This document shows positions 28,370 to 38,026 of a stretch of DNA of 64,000 nt, piece by piece. Numbering within the stretch: the first letter of the stretch is position 1; each line of letters starts with the position of its first letter. The notes under the pieces were generated by a model. It was not told where the DNA came from. It was given only the letters and a program-made list of their open reading frames with translations, and ran no database searches. The position numbers were made by a program, and so were the translations under genes. This stretch comes from Marispirochaeta sp. (GTDB lineage: Bacteria; Spirochaetota; Spirochaetia; JC444; Marispirochaetaceae): contig CAXXFF010000003.1 in NCBI GenBank assembly GCA_963676835.2, positions 832,001 through 896,000 of the forward strand, written 5' to 3'.

Positions 28370-29250
28370 AGAGCTCCTCCGGGAAGAGCGAAGTCTTCAT
28401 ATCTGTCTGTTGTACCGATGGAACTGAGAGCATCTGCTGCCTGCTCCGGTGTAGGACAGGTACCATGCCAGGCAGGTAGGTTCTCCATAAAGGGAACCCC
28501 TTTACCGATTACCGTTCGGCCGATAATAACCGAAGGTCCGCCGGAGACCTCTGCAGCCTGCCTGAGGGCTGCAGCAAGTTCGGGAATGGAGTGGCCGTTG
28601 ATATCCTGAACATTCCAGCCGAAGGATTTCAGCCGGTCTGCAATGGGCTCGACGCCCATAACCTGTTCAACCGTACCGTCAATCTGAATGTTATTAAAGC
28701 TGATAAAAAGGGTAACGTTGTCCAGTTTGTAATGGGCTGCCGTCATCATAGCTTCCCAGACCTGACCTTCCTGCAGTTCCCCGTCTCCGAGAACGCAGTA
28801 AACCCGGCCAGTGGATTTCCGTATCTTCATGGAGAGGGCAATACCGTTGGCCACGGAAAACCCCTGCCCCAGGGGTCCGGTTGAGGTTTCAACCAGTCCG
28901 GGAAGGGCCTTGCGGGCAGGATGCCCCTGAAGTACCGACCCCATACGCCTGAAGGAAGCCAGCTCATCCAGAAAGATATGACCCGTCCGGGCAAGGGCTG
29001 CGTACCATACAGCACAGGTGTGACCATTGCTGAGAACAATACGGTCCCTGTTCGGTTCCTCAAGATTTTCCGTATCAAAGGTGTATCCGTACCCGTAAAG
29101 GGCTGCCATAAAATCTGCCAGTCCCAGGGCACCGCCAACATGGCCATGGCCGGCATTGCGGATCATGCGTACCGTATCCCGGCGGAGCTGGCAGGCGAGA
29201 GCCTCCAGGGCGGGAAAATCCGGCGCTGCAGCAAATGCAGTCTGTTTCAT
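28366..29250 (-). CDS. Transketolase N-terminal subunit
   Basis: GHVGG, DRIVLSNGH, LQGHP, GDGELQEGQVWEA TPP-binding motif. Confidence 0.93.
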   Translation of the reverse strand: MKQTAFAAAPDFPALEALACQLRRDTVRMIRNAGHGHVGGALGLADFMAALYGYGYTFDTENLEEPNRDRIVLSNGHTCAVWYAALARTGHIFLDELASFRRMGSVLQGHPARKALPGLVETSTGPLGQGFSVANGIALSMKIRKSTGRVYCVLGDGELQEGQVWEAMMTAAHYKLDNVTLFISFNNIQIDGTVEQVMGVEPIADRLKSFGWNVQDINGHSIPELAAALRQAAEVSGGPSVIIGRTVIGKGVPFMENLPAWHGTCPTPEQAADALSSIGTTDRYEDFALPGGAL

Positions 29251-29275
29251 CTCTTTTTTATCCTCTTATCTTATC

Positions 29276-30007
29276 CTATTGTGTGATCTCCCCTGCTGAG
29301 GAGGTATCAAGACGCCGTTCCCGGGATGCGTCCATATGCGCTTCCATGGCGGCTGCGGCTTCTACCGCATCCCCCCGGATTATTGCATTCAGTATCCGTT
29401 TGTGTTCCTTCAGACTGTTTTTCAGTACCTTGTCGGGGTCTTCCTTGAAGTGTTTGTTAACTGCGATTATCTCCGGTGTTATCTGGGTTATCAGAGACTG
29501 GAGCACTTTGTTTCCCGAAGCTTTTACTATGGCCAGATGAAAAAGATGATCTTCTTCAAGGGTATATCTGCTGGCTTCAAAGGCCTCTTCAAATGCTCTA
29601 TGGGCTTCACGGATTCTGAGGAGATCTTCTTCGGTTCCCCTCAGAGCGGCAAGCCTGGAGGAGAAAATCTCCAGGTTGGTTCGGGCTTCCATAAGATCTT
29701 CCAGATCGAAGGCATCGAAATTAAGAATGTTTGTTATAAGAGCATCCAGGGCCATTGGCCGGATAGCAGAAATATAAATACCTTTTTGGGGCCGTATTTC
29801 CAGGACTCCATAGAATTCCAGCTTCTGCAGGGCTTTGCGCACATAGCCGCGGGTTGTGCTGAAACGCTCCGCAAGCACCCGTTCGGAAGGTATCTTCATG
29901 CCGGGCTGAAAGGTTTCATTGCGCAGAAGTTGCTGTATTTCGTGAATAATGATGTCTACCGGATCACCGCTGTTCAAGTTCTTTTTACTCCCTGCCTCTT
30001 TTTGCAC
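29276..30007 (-). CDS. FadR/GntR family transcriptional regulator
   Basis: PSERVLAERF wHTH; FCD motifs FHLAIVKASGN and EHKRIL. Confidence 0.92.
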   Translation of the reverse strand: MQKEAGSKKNLNSGDPVDIIIHEIQQLLRNETFQPGMKIPSERVLAERFSTTRGYVRKALQKLEFYGVLEIRPQKGIYISAIRPMALDALITNILNFDAFDLEDLMEARTNLEIFSSRLAALRGTEEDLLRIREAHRAFEEAFEASRYTLEEDHLFHLAIVKASGNKVLQSLITQITPEIIAVNKHFKEDPDKVLKNSLKEHKRILNAIIRGDAVEAAAAMEAHMDASRERRLDTSSAGEITQ

Positions 30008-30058
30008 TAACTGGTTAACCAGTTAATATATGGTAGCACTGGTTAACCAGTTGCGCAA
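30008..30058 (-). promoter_or_regulatory. Promoter with two FadR-type operators
   Basis: TAACTGGTTAACCAGTTA (30008-30025) and ACTGGTTAACCAGT (30038-30051); minus-strand TTGCGC-17-TACCAT. Confidence 0.8.
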
Positions 30059-30113
30059 GGAAAAGTTTCAAACATGATTAAGGGAATAGTTGAGTAATAA
30101 AACGCGGGAGGAG

Positions 30114-30896
30114 CTATGCCTTAAAGCGTTCCTTAAACCAGGCAACATTGCTTCGTGCCGCAAGACCGAGGGTTACGGTGTCGGACATACAGAGAACTAT
30201 TCCGGCACCTCTCTCGAACTTCGCTTCGACACTGTCTCTATTGCCCCCAAGGGCCATAAGAACCTTACCGGAGGCAACTACCCTGCCTTCTATATCATCA
30301 ATAACTTTCTGGACTTCAGGAGCGGAAGGATCCGCCAGGTAGCCAAGATTAGTTGCAAGATCCACAGGACCGATAAAGATACCATCCAGACCCGGAACAG
30401 AAAGAATCGTATCAAGATTTTCATAGCCTTTTCGGGACTCAATAGCGGCAAAAACCATGACTTCGTCATCAGCTGTTTTGAAGTAATCGGAAGACTCGTT
30501 TCCAAAATGTGCTGCCCTGGTGCTTCCGGCTACACCCCGGATACCGAGGGGCGGATATTTGGCTGCGGCAACAGCGCTTTCTGCTTCACTGACAGTTTCT
30601 ACAAAAGGAACCAGAATACCGTAAGCTCCCGTATCAAGAATCCGTTTTATGTGAACCGTATCATTCCACTGAGCACGAACAAATGGTACCGCCGGATAAC
30701 CGTTCATAGCCTGTATCTGCGTTATCAGGGTGCGATAATCTCCGGGACCATGTTCCATGTCTATCAGGATCATATCCATGCCGCTGTCGGCAAAAACCTC
30801 TGTGGTAATATTGCTTGCTGCCTGTGCCCATGCGGCAAGGACTTTACCTCCGCTTTTGAGTATGGCTTTAACGCTGTTGTGGTTTTTCTTCTGCAT
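30114..30896 (-). CDS. HpcH/HpaI family aldolase
   Basis: IDMEHGP, KRILDTGA, YPPLGIRG, IES, FIGPVDL. Confidence 0.92.
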   Translation of the reverse strand: MQKKNHNSVKAILKSGGKVLAAWAQAASNITTEVFADSGMDMILIDMEHGPGDYRTLITQIQAMNGYPAVPFVRAQWNDTVHIKRILDTGAYGILVPFVETVSEAESAVAAAKYPPLGIRGVAGSTRAAHFGNESSDYFKTADDEVMVFAAIESRKGYENLDTILSVPGLDGIFIGPVDLATNLGYLADPSAPEVQKVIDDIEGRVVASGKVLMALGGNRDSVEAKFERGAGIVLCMSDTVTLGLAARSNVAWFKERFKA

Positions 30897-31054
30897 GGTT
30901 AATTTTCCTACAGACTATTAGAAAAAGCCACAGGAAATTCATGCAAACAACCAGAACAGGGCGGGATACTTGAAAATATCTAAAATCTCACAGAACCGGA
31001 AATTCCAAAATCCCGGATCTTAAGGTAGAATGATACAGCATAAGGAGCAGCAAG

Positions 31055-32074
31055 GTGCCGACCCAACTCGATGTAGCCCGCAGAGCAAATGTCTCCTATA
31101 TGACCGTCTCCAGGGTGATCAATAATAAAACCAATGTAAAACCCGCAACGAGGGAACGGGTATTAAAAGCCATTGAAGAACTGAACTATTTTCCAAATGC
31201 CGCAGCTCAGGCACTGACCGGGAGCCCTACCAACAATGTGGGAATTATATTTCCCCAACGGGAGTTTATTCTTAACCGCCCCTATTTTATCGAGCTTTCC
31301 ATGGAACTCGAACAGAATCTCAATACCAACGGGTATCATCTGTATCTTGGTTCTGTAAGAGACAAGGGCGACCCCAGGGAGATTGCGCAGCTTGCCGGCG
31401 AAAAACGGGTGGATGGCCTGATTATCTTTGCTCCCCAGGAAAATGACCCCAGGCTTTCGGTTCTGGATGAAAATATAATTCCCTATACAATTATCCACGG
31501 CCATGGTGTCAGCCCCGATTCATCATGTGTAAATTCAGACATACAGAGAGGAATGACCCTGCTGCTGGAGCATCTGACCAGTCTGGGACATTCGCGTATA
31601 GCCTTTGTTTCAGTTAACCTGCTTGAAGAAGATGCCCGTATCCGCCTTGAGACTTACCGGAGCTTCTGCAGAACCAATAAGCTTCCAGTTACTGATGAGC
31701 TGATACATTTCGGGGGAGACTGGACCCTGGAAACCGGATACCAGGCCTTTCAGGAATTATGTACCCTGAAGCCTGCTCCTACTGCCATACTGTTCTCGAA
31801 TGACCAGATGGCATTAGGAGCTATAAAAGCAGCGAATGATCTTAAGATATCCATACCTGAAGAGATATCCATAACAGGTATAGATGACATAAAATACGCA
31901 TCCTACGCCAGCCCGTCCCTGACCACTATCCGTTATTCAATACCTGATATTGCAAGAACTGCAGTAAACCAGATTCTGCGGAACATTAAAGAAGGAAATA
32001 CCCTGGAGGACACCCTGTTTCCGCCTGAACTGATTATCAGGAAGTCAACCGGACCTGCCCGGGGAAAAAAATAG
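31055..32074 (+). CDS. LacI family transcriptional regulator
   Basis: DVARRANVSYMTVSRVIN, NDQMALG, GIDD, PSLTTI. Confidence 0.95.
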   Translation: MPTQLDVARRANVSYMTVSRVINNKTNVKPATRERVLKAIEELNYFPNAAAQALTGSPTNNVGIIFPQREFILNRPYFIELSMELEQNLNTNGYHLYLGSVRDKGDPREIAQLAGEKRVDGLIIFAPQENDPRLSVLDENIIPYTIIHGHGVSPDSSCVNSDIQRGMTLLLEHLTSLGHSRIAFVSVNLLEEDARIRLETYRSFCRTNKLPVTDELIHFGGDWTLETGYQAFQELCTLKPAPTAILFSNDQMALGAIKAANDLKISIPEEISITGIDDIKYASYASPSLTTIRYSIPDIARTAVNQILRNIKEGNTLEDTLFPPELIIRKSTGPARGKK

Positions 32075-32105
32075 AGGCTGTCCGGGTTTATCCCAAACAG
32101 CCTCT
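32073..32105. terminator. Hairpin between lacI-family gene and tRNA-Arg
   Basis: AGAGGCTGT...ACAGCCTCT. Confidence 0.6.
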
Positions 32106-32109
32106 TATG

Positions 32110-32183
<74 letters not shown>

Positions 32184-32195
32184 AGACTGGGGCTA

Positions 32196-32297
32196 AGAAT
32201 AATGATGACAGGCCCGGATGTCAAGACGCGATTGTTGGTAACATACTCCTAATTTTACCTGAACAGTATTGACACTTTCAGCCGCCTTCGGTATAAA
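32196..32297. promoter_or_regulatory. Divergent sigma70-type tRNA promoters
   Basis: Minus TTGACA-17-TATTCT (32224-32196); plus TTGACA-17-TATAAA (32269-32297). Confidence 0.8.
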
Positions 32298-32310
32298 TAT
32301 CCCCACGCGT

Positions 32311-32383
<73 letters not shown>

Positions 32384-32389
32384 CCTATC

Positions 32390-32421
32390 AACCGTATCCC
32401 TTTCGGGGGGTACGGTTTTTT
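32390..32421 (+). terminator. Rho-independent terminator after tRNA-Phe
   Basis: AACCGTATCCC-loop-GGGGTACGGTT followed by a T tract. Confidence 0.8.
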
Positions 32422-32425
32422 ATTA

Positions 32426-32543
32426 CCCTGCGTACCGCAGGGCAAAGCCCGAGGAACGCAGGGCGGACGAGCGCGGCTTGCATACTCACGTACCGGAAGC
32501 CTCAAGGCTGAGGAACGTGAGCCTCCGAGCAAACGCGCGGTCC
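32426..32543. repeat. Two tandem structured hairpins sharing an internal-loop motif
   Basis: CCCTGCGT-ACCGCA-GGGC/GCCC-GAGGA-ACGCAGGG and CTCACGT-ACCGGA-AGCC/GGCT-GAGGA-ACGTGAG. Confidence 0.65.
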
Positions 32544-33010
32544 GGCAGCATTTCACCTGAAACAAACATCTTCCCCCGCAGGTAGTTTCGACTCCGCTCA
32601 ACCACCGTTTAAACCAGGCGAAAAGCCTGCCCATCCGCGCTTTGATTTCACAGATAAACAGATAGAATCAATACATCATCCATCTCAATACCGGCAGCAC
32701 TTCACATGACACAAACATCTTCCCCCACATGTAGTTTCGACTCCGCTCAACCACCGCTTAAACCAGGCGAAAAGCCTGCCCATCCGCGCTTTGATTTCAC
32801 AGATAAACAGATAGAATCAATACATCATCCATCTCAATACCGGCAGCACTTCACCTGATACAAACATCTTCCCCCGCAGGTAGTTTCGACTCCGCTCAAC
32901 CACCGCTTAAACCAGGCGAAAAGCCTGCCCATCCGCGCTTTGATTTCACAGATAAACAGATAGAATCAATACATCATCCATCTCAATACCGGCAGCACTT
33001 CACATGCAAC
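32542..33010. repeat. Tandem array of three 149-bp units plus a partial fourth
   Basis: CCGGCAGCA starts at 32542, 32691, 32840 and 32989; units nearly identical. Confidence 0.95.
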
Positions 33011-33019
33011 AAAACACCT

Positions 33020-33811
33020 CTACACGTGAACAACATCCCGCAGCCTTTTCAAAGGCGCTCTCAGCCTTACAGCAATATCCCGGAGAAGCTCCCCGGGTTC
33101 TGCAGTAGCAAGAACTATGGCAGGGATGTTTTTAGCCGGAAACTTTACAGCCAGAGTAAGAACCTCGTCTCGGAGATTGGCTTTAGGGTCCAGAGGAACC
33201 GAGGGCTTCCCGTCAGTTATAAGAATCATCTGGGCAAGATCATTGGGGTGGCGGATCCGTTCACCGTGGACTGTCTGCAGAACCGTATGAAGGCCATGTG
33301 CCAGGGGAGTACCCCCTCCGGTGGCAATGGCCTGCAGTTCGTGCCGGGCCCGGGCAATACTGGTTGTGGGCGGAAGAATTACCCTTGCCTCATCGTTATA
33401 GAATACGATTACCCCTACCCGGTAACGCTTCTGATACGCCTGAGTAAGAAGGCCGAGCACCGCACCCTTGGCCAGTTTTATCTGTTCTTCAACCAGCATG
33501 GAATCGGAGGAATCCAGCAGGAAAATAATTGTTTTCTTAACCGGCTGAACCCGCAGCCGGCAGCGCAGATCCTCAGGGGTGATGCCGTCACCGGAAAAGG
33601 TGGATTCCCCGGGCTTTCGGCGCATGGCTGCTGCAAGGCAGGTAGCAAGAGGATCGAGTTCGTTGACCCGGTCCCCGGCTTTTACTTTTACCGAGGCAAT
33701 ATGACGCCCGGTGCGGGAGATTCGCACCTGCTTCCGTCCCGGAAGAACAGTGTGCTCATCCAGGGAAAGCTTAAGGGGCGTTTCATCCCCTAAAAGGACA
33801 ATGTTGGATGC
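33020..33811 (-). CDS. VWA domain portion of chelatase ChlD/BchD-like subunit, probably reached by -1 frameshift
   Basis: LLDSSDSM MIDAS motif, GGGTPLA, ITDGK; frame open upstream to the A9G run. Confidence 0.85.
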   Translation of the reverse strand, partial: ASNIVLLGDETPLKLSLDEHTVLPGRKQVRISRTGRHIASVKVKAGDRVNELDPLATCLAAAMRRKPGESTFSGDGITPEDLRCRLRVQPVKKTIIFLLDSSDSMLVEEQIKLAKGAVLGLLTQAYQKRYRVGVIVFYNDEARVILPPTTSIARARHELQAIATGGGTPLAHGLHTVLQTVHGERIRHPNDLAQMILITDGKPSVPLDPKANLRDEVLTLAVKFPAKNIPAIVLATAEPGELLRDIAVRLRAPLKRLRDVVHV

Positions 33812-34965
33812 TTTTTTTTTAGGTATGAAAAGACAGGCACTCCACCTGCGATATTTCCGGGGAAAACATCATCATCGGCATTGAAGAGGGGAAACTTGTC
33901 ATCCTCTTCCTGGTCTTCTTCTCCATTATAAAAGGGCATTTCGCCGAACATTTCATTCAAAGCATCCTTCAGCTCATCAGGAAGATCCATGCCGCCTTTT
34001 TCGATGTAGCGGTCAAGACGATGAGGCAACGCCATGGTTGCAGCCTGAATAATGTCCCCAGGAGATACTGAATCGCGGTCCATAAACGCTGCCAGAGCTG
34101 CAGCAACCTTGATAATGGTTATCTCCGCACGATGCCCCTGGGCCCCGACTTTTACCGCCAGAGTGGATGCACTGTCCAGAATTTCATCGGGGATGACAAT
34201 TTCAGACAGATTTTCCCGGGCCCGGGCAATCTGCTGCCGAAGGGCATCCTGGGAGTCTGCCCAGCCTTCAACGAAGTTCCGGGGATCTTTTTCAAAAGAC
34301 ATGCGACGCCGGATAAGTTCACTCCGTTTTTTGACATCCTTTTCTCCGGTAACGCTTATACAGAGACCGAAGCGGTCGAGAAACTGAGGCCGGAGTTCAC
34401 CCTCTTCGGGGTTCATGGTTCCTATAAGAATAAACTTTGAGGGGTGAACCTCGGAGAGTCCTTCCCTCTCAACCCGGTTTATACCGGATGCGGCTGTATC
34501 CAGCAGGAGATCCACCAGGTGGTCATCCAGCAGGTTAACCTCATCAACATAAAGAATTCCCCGGTTGGCAGCCGCAAGCAGCCCTGGATCAAAAACCCGC
34601 TCTCCCGCATGTATAGCCTTTTCAACATGAAGAGATCCAACAAGACGGTCTTCCGTAGCTCCCAGGGGAAGCTGCACCAGAGGCACCGCCATTTCAACTT
34701 CAGGCAGAGGCATTCCGCTTTCTGCCTTCTGACGGCAGGATTCATGGACAAAGTTTTTTGCCTGGGGATCGCAGTGATAGGGACAGCCTTCAACCACTTT
34801 AAGGGGAAGAAGAAGGTCTGCAAGCGCCCGGACAGCGGTGCTTTTTGCTGTTCCCTTATGTCCACGGATAAGCACACCGCCAATGGACGGGTCAATGGCA
34901 TGGAGAATAAGTGCGGTCTTCATGGCCTCCTGGCCGACAATAGCTGTAAAAGGAAACTGGAGCAT
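33790..34965 (-). CDS. Mg/Co chelatase AAA+ subunit (ChlI-like; N-terminal part of a frameshifted ChlD)
   Basis: FPFTAIVGQ, GHKGTAKST, LPLGATEDRLVG, DEVNLL, MNPEEGELRPQ, acidic linker, ends YLKKKHPTLSF. Confidence 0.92.
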   Translation of the reverse strand: MLQFPFTAIVGQEAMKTALILHAIDPSIGGVLIRGHKGTAKSTAVRALADLLLPLKVVEGCPYHCDPQAKNFVHESCRQKAESGMPLPEVEMAVPLVQLPLGATEDRLVGSLHVEKAIHAGERVFDPGLLAAANRGILYVDEVNLLDDHLVDLLLDTAASGINRVEREGLSEVHPSKFILIGTMNPEEGELRPQFLDRFGLCISVTGEKDVKKRSELIRRRMSFEKDPRNFVEGWADSQDALRQQIARARENLSEIVIPDEILDSASTLAVKVGAQGHRAEITIIKVAAALAAFMDRDSVSPGDIIQAATMALPHRLDRYIEKGGMDLPDELKDALNEMFGEMPFYNGEEDQEEDDKFPLFNADDDVFPGNIAGGVPVFSYLKKKHPTLSF

Positions 34966-35089
34966 AAACTGTAAGACCTCGCTTGCTGGATTACGGGGTA
35001 GAATGTAAGAAATAACTGCTTACGGGGTCAAGGGAAAAACAGGGACAATACAATATCAGAATACCCGTTATCATCCTGAACCACACTAT

Positions 35090-36271
35090 TTAATAGCTGA
35101 CCTCCAGTGGTATCAGACTGCTTGTATAGGTTCCATCACCAAGCTGTCCGAAACCGTTATATCCCCAGAGCCATAGGGTTCCATCTCTTTTAAGGGCCAT
35201 GGATGTTTTTTCTCCGGCATCAACTGCCACCCAGTCGCTGTCGGATCCAACCTGTACCGGAGAGCTTTCCACATTGAAATAGCCCTTGTTTATTCCCAGC
35301 TGACCATAATAATCCTGTCCCCAGGCATAGAGGGTCCCATTGCTTTTCAAAGCGAGAGAGTGTTCTTCTCCCGCGGCTACGGCTATCCAGTCACTCTCTG
35401 TTCCCAACTGAACCGGACTGAATTGATCAGTACTCACAGCACCCAGTCCGAGTTTCCCGTACGCATAACTGCCCCAGGAGTAGAGTTTACCATGGAGTAT
35501 ACCCAGAGTATGCCGGGTACCGGCAGAAATATCTGACCAGCCTGAAGCGCTTCCCACCTGCTGAGGTGAAGTCTGATTATCTGAAACAACGCCGATACCT
35601 AGCCTGCCATACGAATAAAAACCCCAGGCATATAACTCGCCTGCAGATGTTATCCCCATAGAGTAGGCGACTCCGGCGGAAACAGTCTCCCATTGTTTAT
35701 CTCCGATCAGTACCGGAATTGTGACATTACTGCCGGAGCTGTCATATCCGACCTGACCTGCGCTGTTGTACCCCCAGCCGTAGAGCTTTCCTTCTTCGCT
35801 TACCGCCAGGGAGTGGTAATAGCCGGCGGAGATTGCTCTCCAGGAGGTGTCTGGAAAAGATATGAGGGAAGGTGTAAGAAGTTCTGTGTCATTTGTTCCC
35901 AGCTGGCCGTAGTCACCTCCACCCCAGGAGTACAGGGAACCTGCAGCGGTAATTCCGAGGGAATGATCTTCACCTGCAGAAACGCGATCCCAGTTGAGCG
36001 AACCGACAGGTACAGGATCAGAAAGTCCCTGGGTGGAAGTAGAGCCCGTACCAACCTGGCCGTAACGGTTATCTCCCCAGCCATACAGACTCTGGTCATT
36101 GATTATCCATAAGCTGTGGTTAGTCCCGAGTGCTGCTGCACTCCAGACAAGGGGCGATACAGAAGATCCGGCAGCTGCGGATCCGCAGGCACTGAGGACT
36201 AACCCGAAAACCCCAAAGAGCATTATTCCCGCAGCCTGACGAAGAACCTTACTTTCATTTTTTTGTATCAT
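35090..36271 (-). CDS. RCC1/BLIP-II repeat lipoprotein
   Basis: Lipobox LSAC; repeated SAGxxHSL..G.LY.WG.N..GQLG; start uncertain (ORF track gives 36346). Confidence 0.88.
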   Translation of the reverse strand: MIQKNESKVLRQAAGIMLFGVFGLVLSACGSAAAGSSVSPLVWSAAALGTNHSLWIINDQSLYGWGDNRYGQVGTGSTSTQGLSDPVPVGSLNWDRVSAGEDHSLGITAAGSLYSWGGGDYGQLGTNDTELLTPSLISFPDTSWRAISAGYYHSLAVSEEGKLYGWGYNSAGQVGYDSSGSNVTIPVLIGDKQWETVSAGVAYSMGITSAGELYAWGFYSYGRLGIGVVSDNQTSPQQVGSASGWSDISAGTRHTLGILHGKLYSWGSYAYGKLGLGAVSTDQFSPVQLGTESDWIAVAAGEEHSLALKSNGTLYAWGQDYYGQLGINKGYFNVESSPVQVGSDSDWVAVDAGEKTSMALKRDGTLWLWGYNGFGQLGDGTYTSSLIPLEVSY

Positions 36272-36689
36272 CCTGTTTTTCCTGTCCCGGTACAGTCCCG
36301 GGATCATCCTCAGGAAAAATATATCCTCAGGGAAAACAGGAAACAACTTATTTATGACTTTTTTTATAATATTTAAGAACTGTGAGAATCGGACGTCTCT
36401 TATTTGTTAAAATTGCCGGATTCCCCCTCCCTACTTTCCAACAGGAAAACAGCAGAAAGAATCCGGAAAGTAGTACCACAAGATAAAATTTACGCTTTTT
36501 CGCATAGCCTTCTATTCCTGCCATTACCAATACAGTAGGGCAGGAATATTTCCGACAAAAATCAGAATGATGAATATAGTTCTGCAACCTCGGTTTCACT
36601 GAGAGAACGATCATAGAAGATTACATCTTCCATATAGCCTAAAAAAAGCCGGTCTCTGTCTGTTCAATACAAAAACCGGCCGGGGTTGG

Positions 36690-37856
36690 TTACTGTTCTA
36701 CCTTTGTGGGGATAAGCACATTCGAGCTTCCGCCATCGCCAAGCTGGCCGACATTATTCCGGCCCCAGGTCCACAGGGTTCCATCGTTTTTAACTGCGGC
36801 AGAGTGGGAAACAGCTGAGTTCACAGAACTCCAGCTTCCCGTATCTATCTGCTGCGGAGTATCAGCACGGACGGTCGTCCCGGTACCCAGCTGGCCGTAG
36901 GCATTCAGGCCCCATGCCCACAGAGTGCCATCCTGCCGGATTGCCACTGTGTGGTCTTCACCCATGGCTACCGCAGACCATGTATCAGTGCCGGTCTGCA
37001 CCAGTGTTGCATTGGTGTTGAGATTTACTCCATTTCCAAGCTGTCCCAGGCTATTATAACCACAACCCCAGAGGGTACCATCGCTCTTAACCGCCAGGGT
37101 ATCCCGGCTGCCGATACTTACCTGTTTCCAGTTTTCGGTGCTGATTTTTACAGGCACAAGAGATTGCGTTGTGGTGCCGTCACCCAGAACGCCATATGTG
37201 TTGTATCCCCAGGTCCACAAGGTCCCGTCGGATTTTATCGCCCCGGTATGCTTATCCCAGGAAGAGACATCAGTCCAGGTTTCCGGTGATTCACCGGTCA
37301 GCAACTGCTGCATAGTCTTGATAGAGGAAACCGTGCTGCCGATCCCGAGGTTACCATAAATGTTATACCCCCAGACCCACAAAGTCCCGTCACTCTTTAT
37401 GGCGAAGCAGTTTCTCTGACCGGCGACTGCCATACTCCAGGTATCTGTACTAATCTGCTTCAGCTCTGTCGATGCAGTGGTCGAACCATCACCCAGCTGA
37501 CCATAATCATTGTATCCCCAGGTCCAAAGGGTTCCGTCGCTGTGAATGGCAACTGCATGGTTTCTTCCTGCAGAAACAGAATACCAGCTTTCGGCACTAA
37601 TCTGCTCAGGAGTTGCGGAGATCATATTGTCAACATTCAAACTGGTGCTGTTATCTCCCCAGAACCACAAAGTTCCATCTGTTCGGATTCCGGCAGTCCA
37701 GGTACCCGCAGCAGCGATGGAAGACCATTGAACCGCATCAGGAATGTCACCACCGGAACCGCCGGCACCACCGCCATCGCAGGAAAATAACAGACCAATA
37801 CACATAATCAGGACACAAATGCCGGCGAGTTTTCTTAACCACCAAATCTCTTTCAT
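36690..37856 (-). CDS. RCC1/BLIP-II repeat lipoprotein
   Basis: Lipobox LFSC; DGTLWxWGxNxxGQLG repeats. Confidence 0.9.
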   Translation of the reverse strand: MKEIWWLRKLAGICVLIMCIGLLFSCDGGGAGGSGGDIPDAVQWSSIAAAGTWTAGIRTDGTLWFWGDNSTSLNVDNMISATPEQISAESWYSVSAGRNHAVAIHSDGTLWTWGYNDYGQLGDGSTTASTELKQISTDTWSMAVAGQRNCFAIKSDGTLWVWGYNIYGNLGIGSTVSSIKTMQQLLTGESPETWTDVSSWDKHTGAIKSDGTLWTWGYNTYGVLGDGTTTQSLVPVKISTENWKQVSIGSRDTLAVKSDGTLWGCGYNSLGQLGNGVNLNTNATLVQTGTDTWSAVAMGEDHTVAIRQDGTLWAWGLNAYGQLGTGTTVRADTPQQIDTGSWSSVNSAVSHSAAVKNDGTLWTWGRNNVGQLGDGGSSNVLIPTKVEQ

Positions 37857-38026
37857 ATGCACACTCCATATGCACTGTCCGCTCATGAGAAGACAGCAGA
37901 AAATATGGCAGAGTGTTGCATAAATTCAAAACCCTGAAACTGTAACTTACAACAGGGTTTTACCTGCAATTTTGCGCAGTATGGATACATGTGCTGTCTG
38001 CAGTTACAGAAAGTCCTTCACCTCAT

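Noticed and set aside
29336..30902. Long plus-strand ORFs (224 aa and 270 aa) and similar shadows such as 33026-33793 and 46017-46718
   Set aside because: Antisense to well-supported genes and without recognisable motifs
32542..33010. CRISPR array
   Set aside because: Whole 149-bp units are near-identical with no unique spacers, and there are no cas genes in the window
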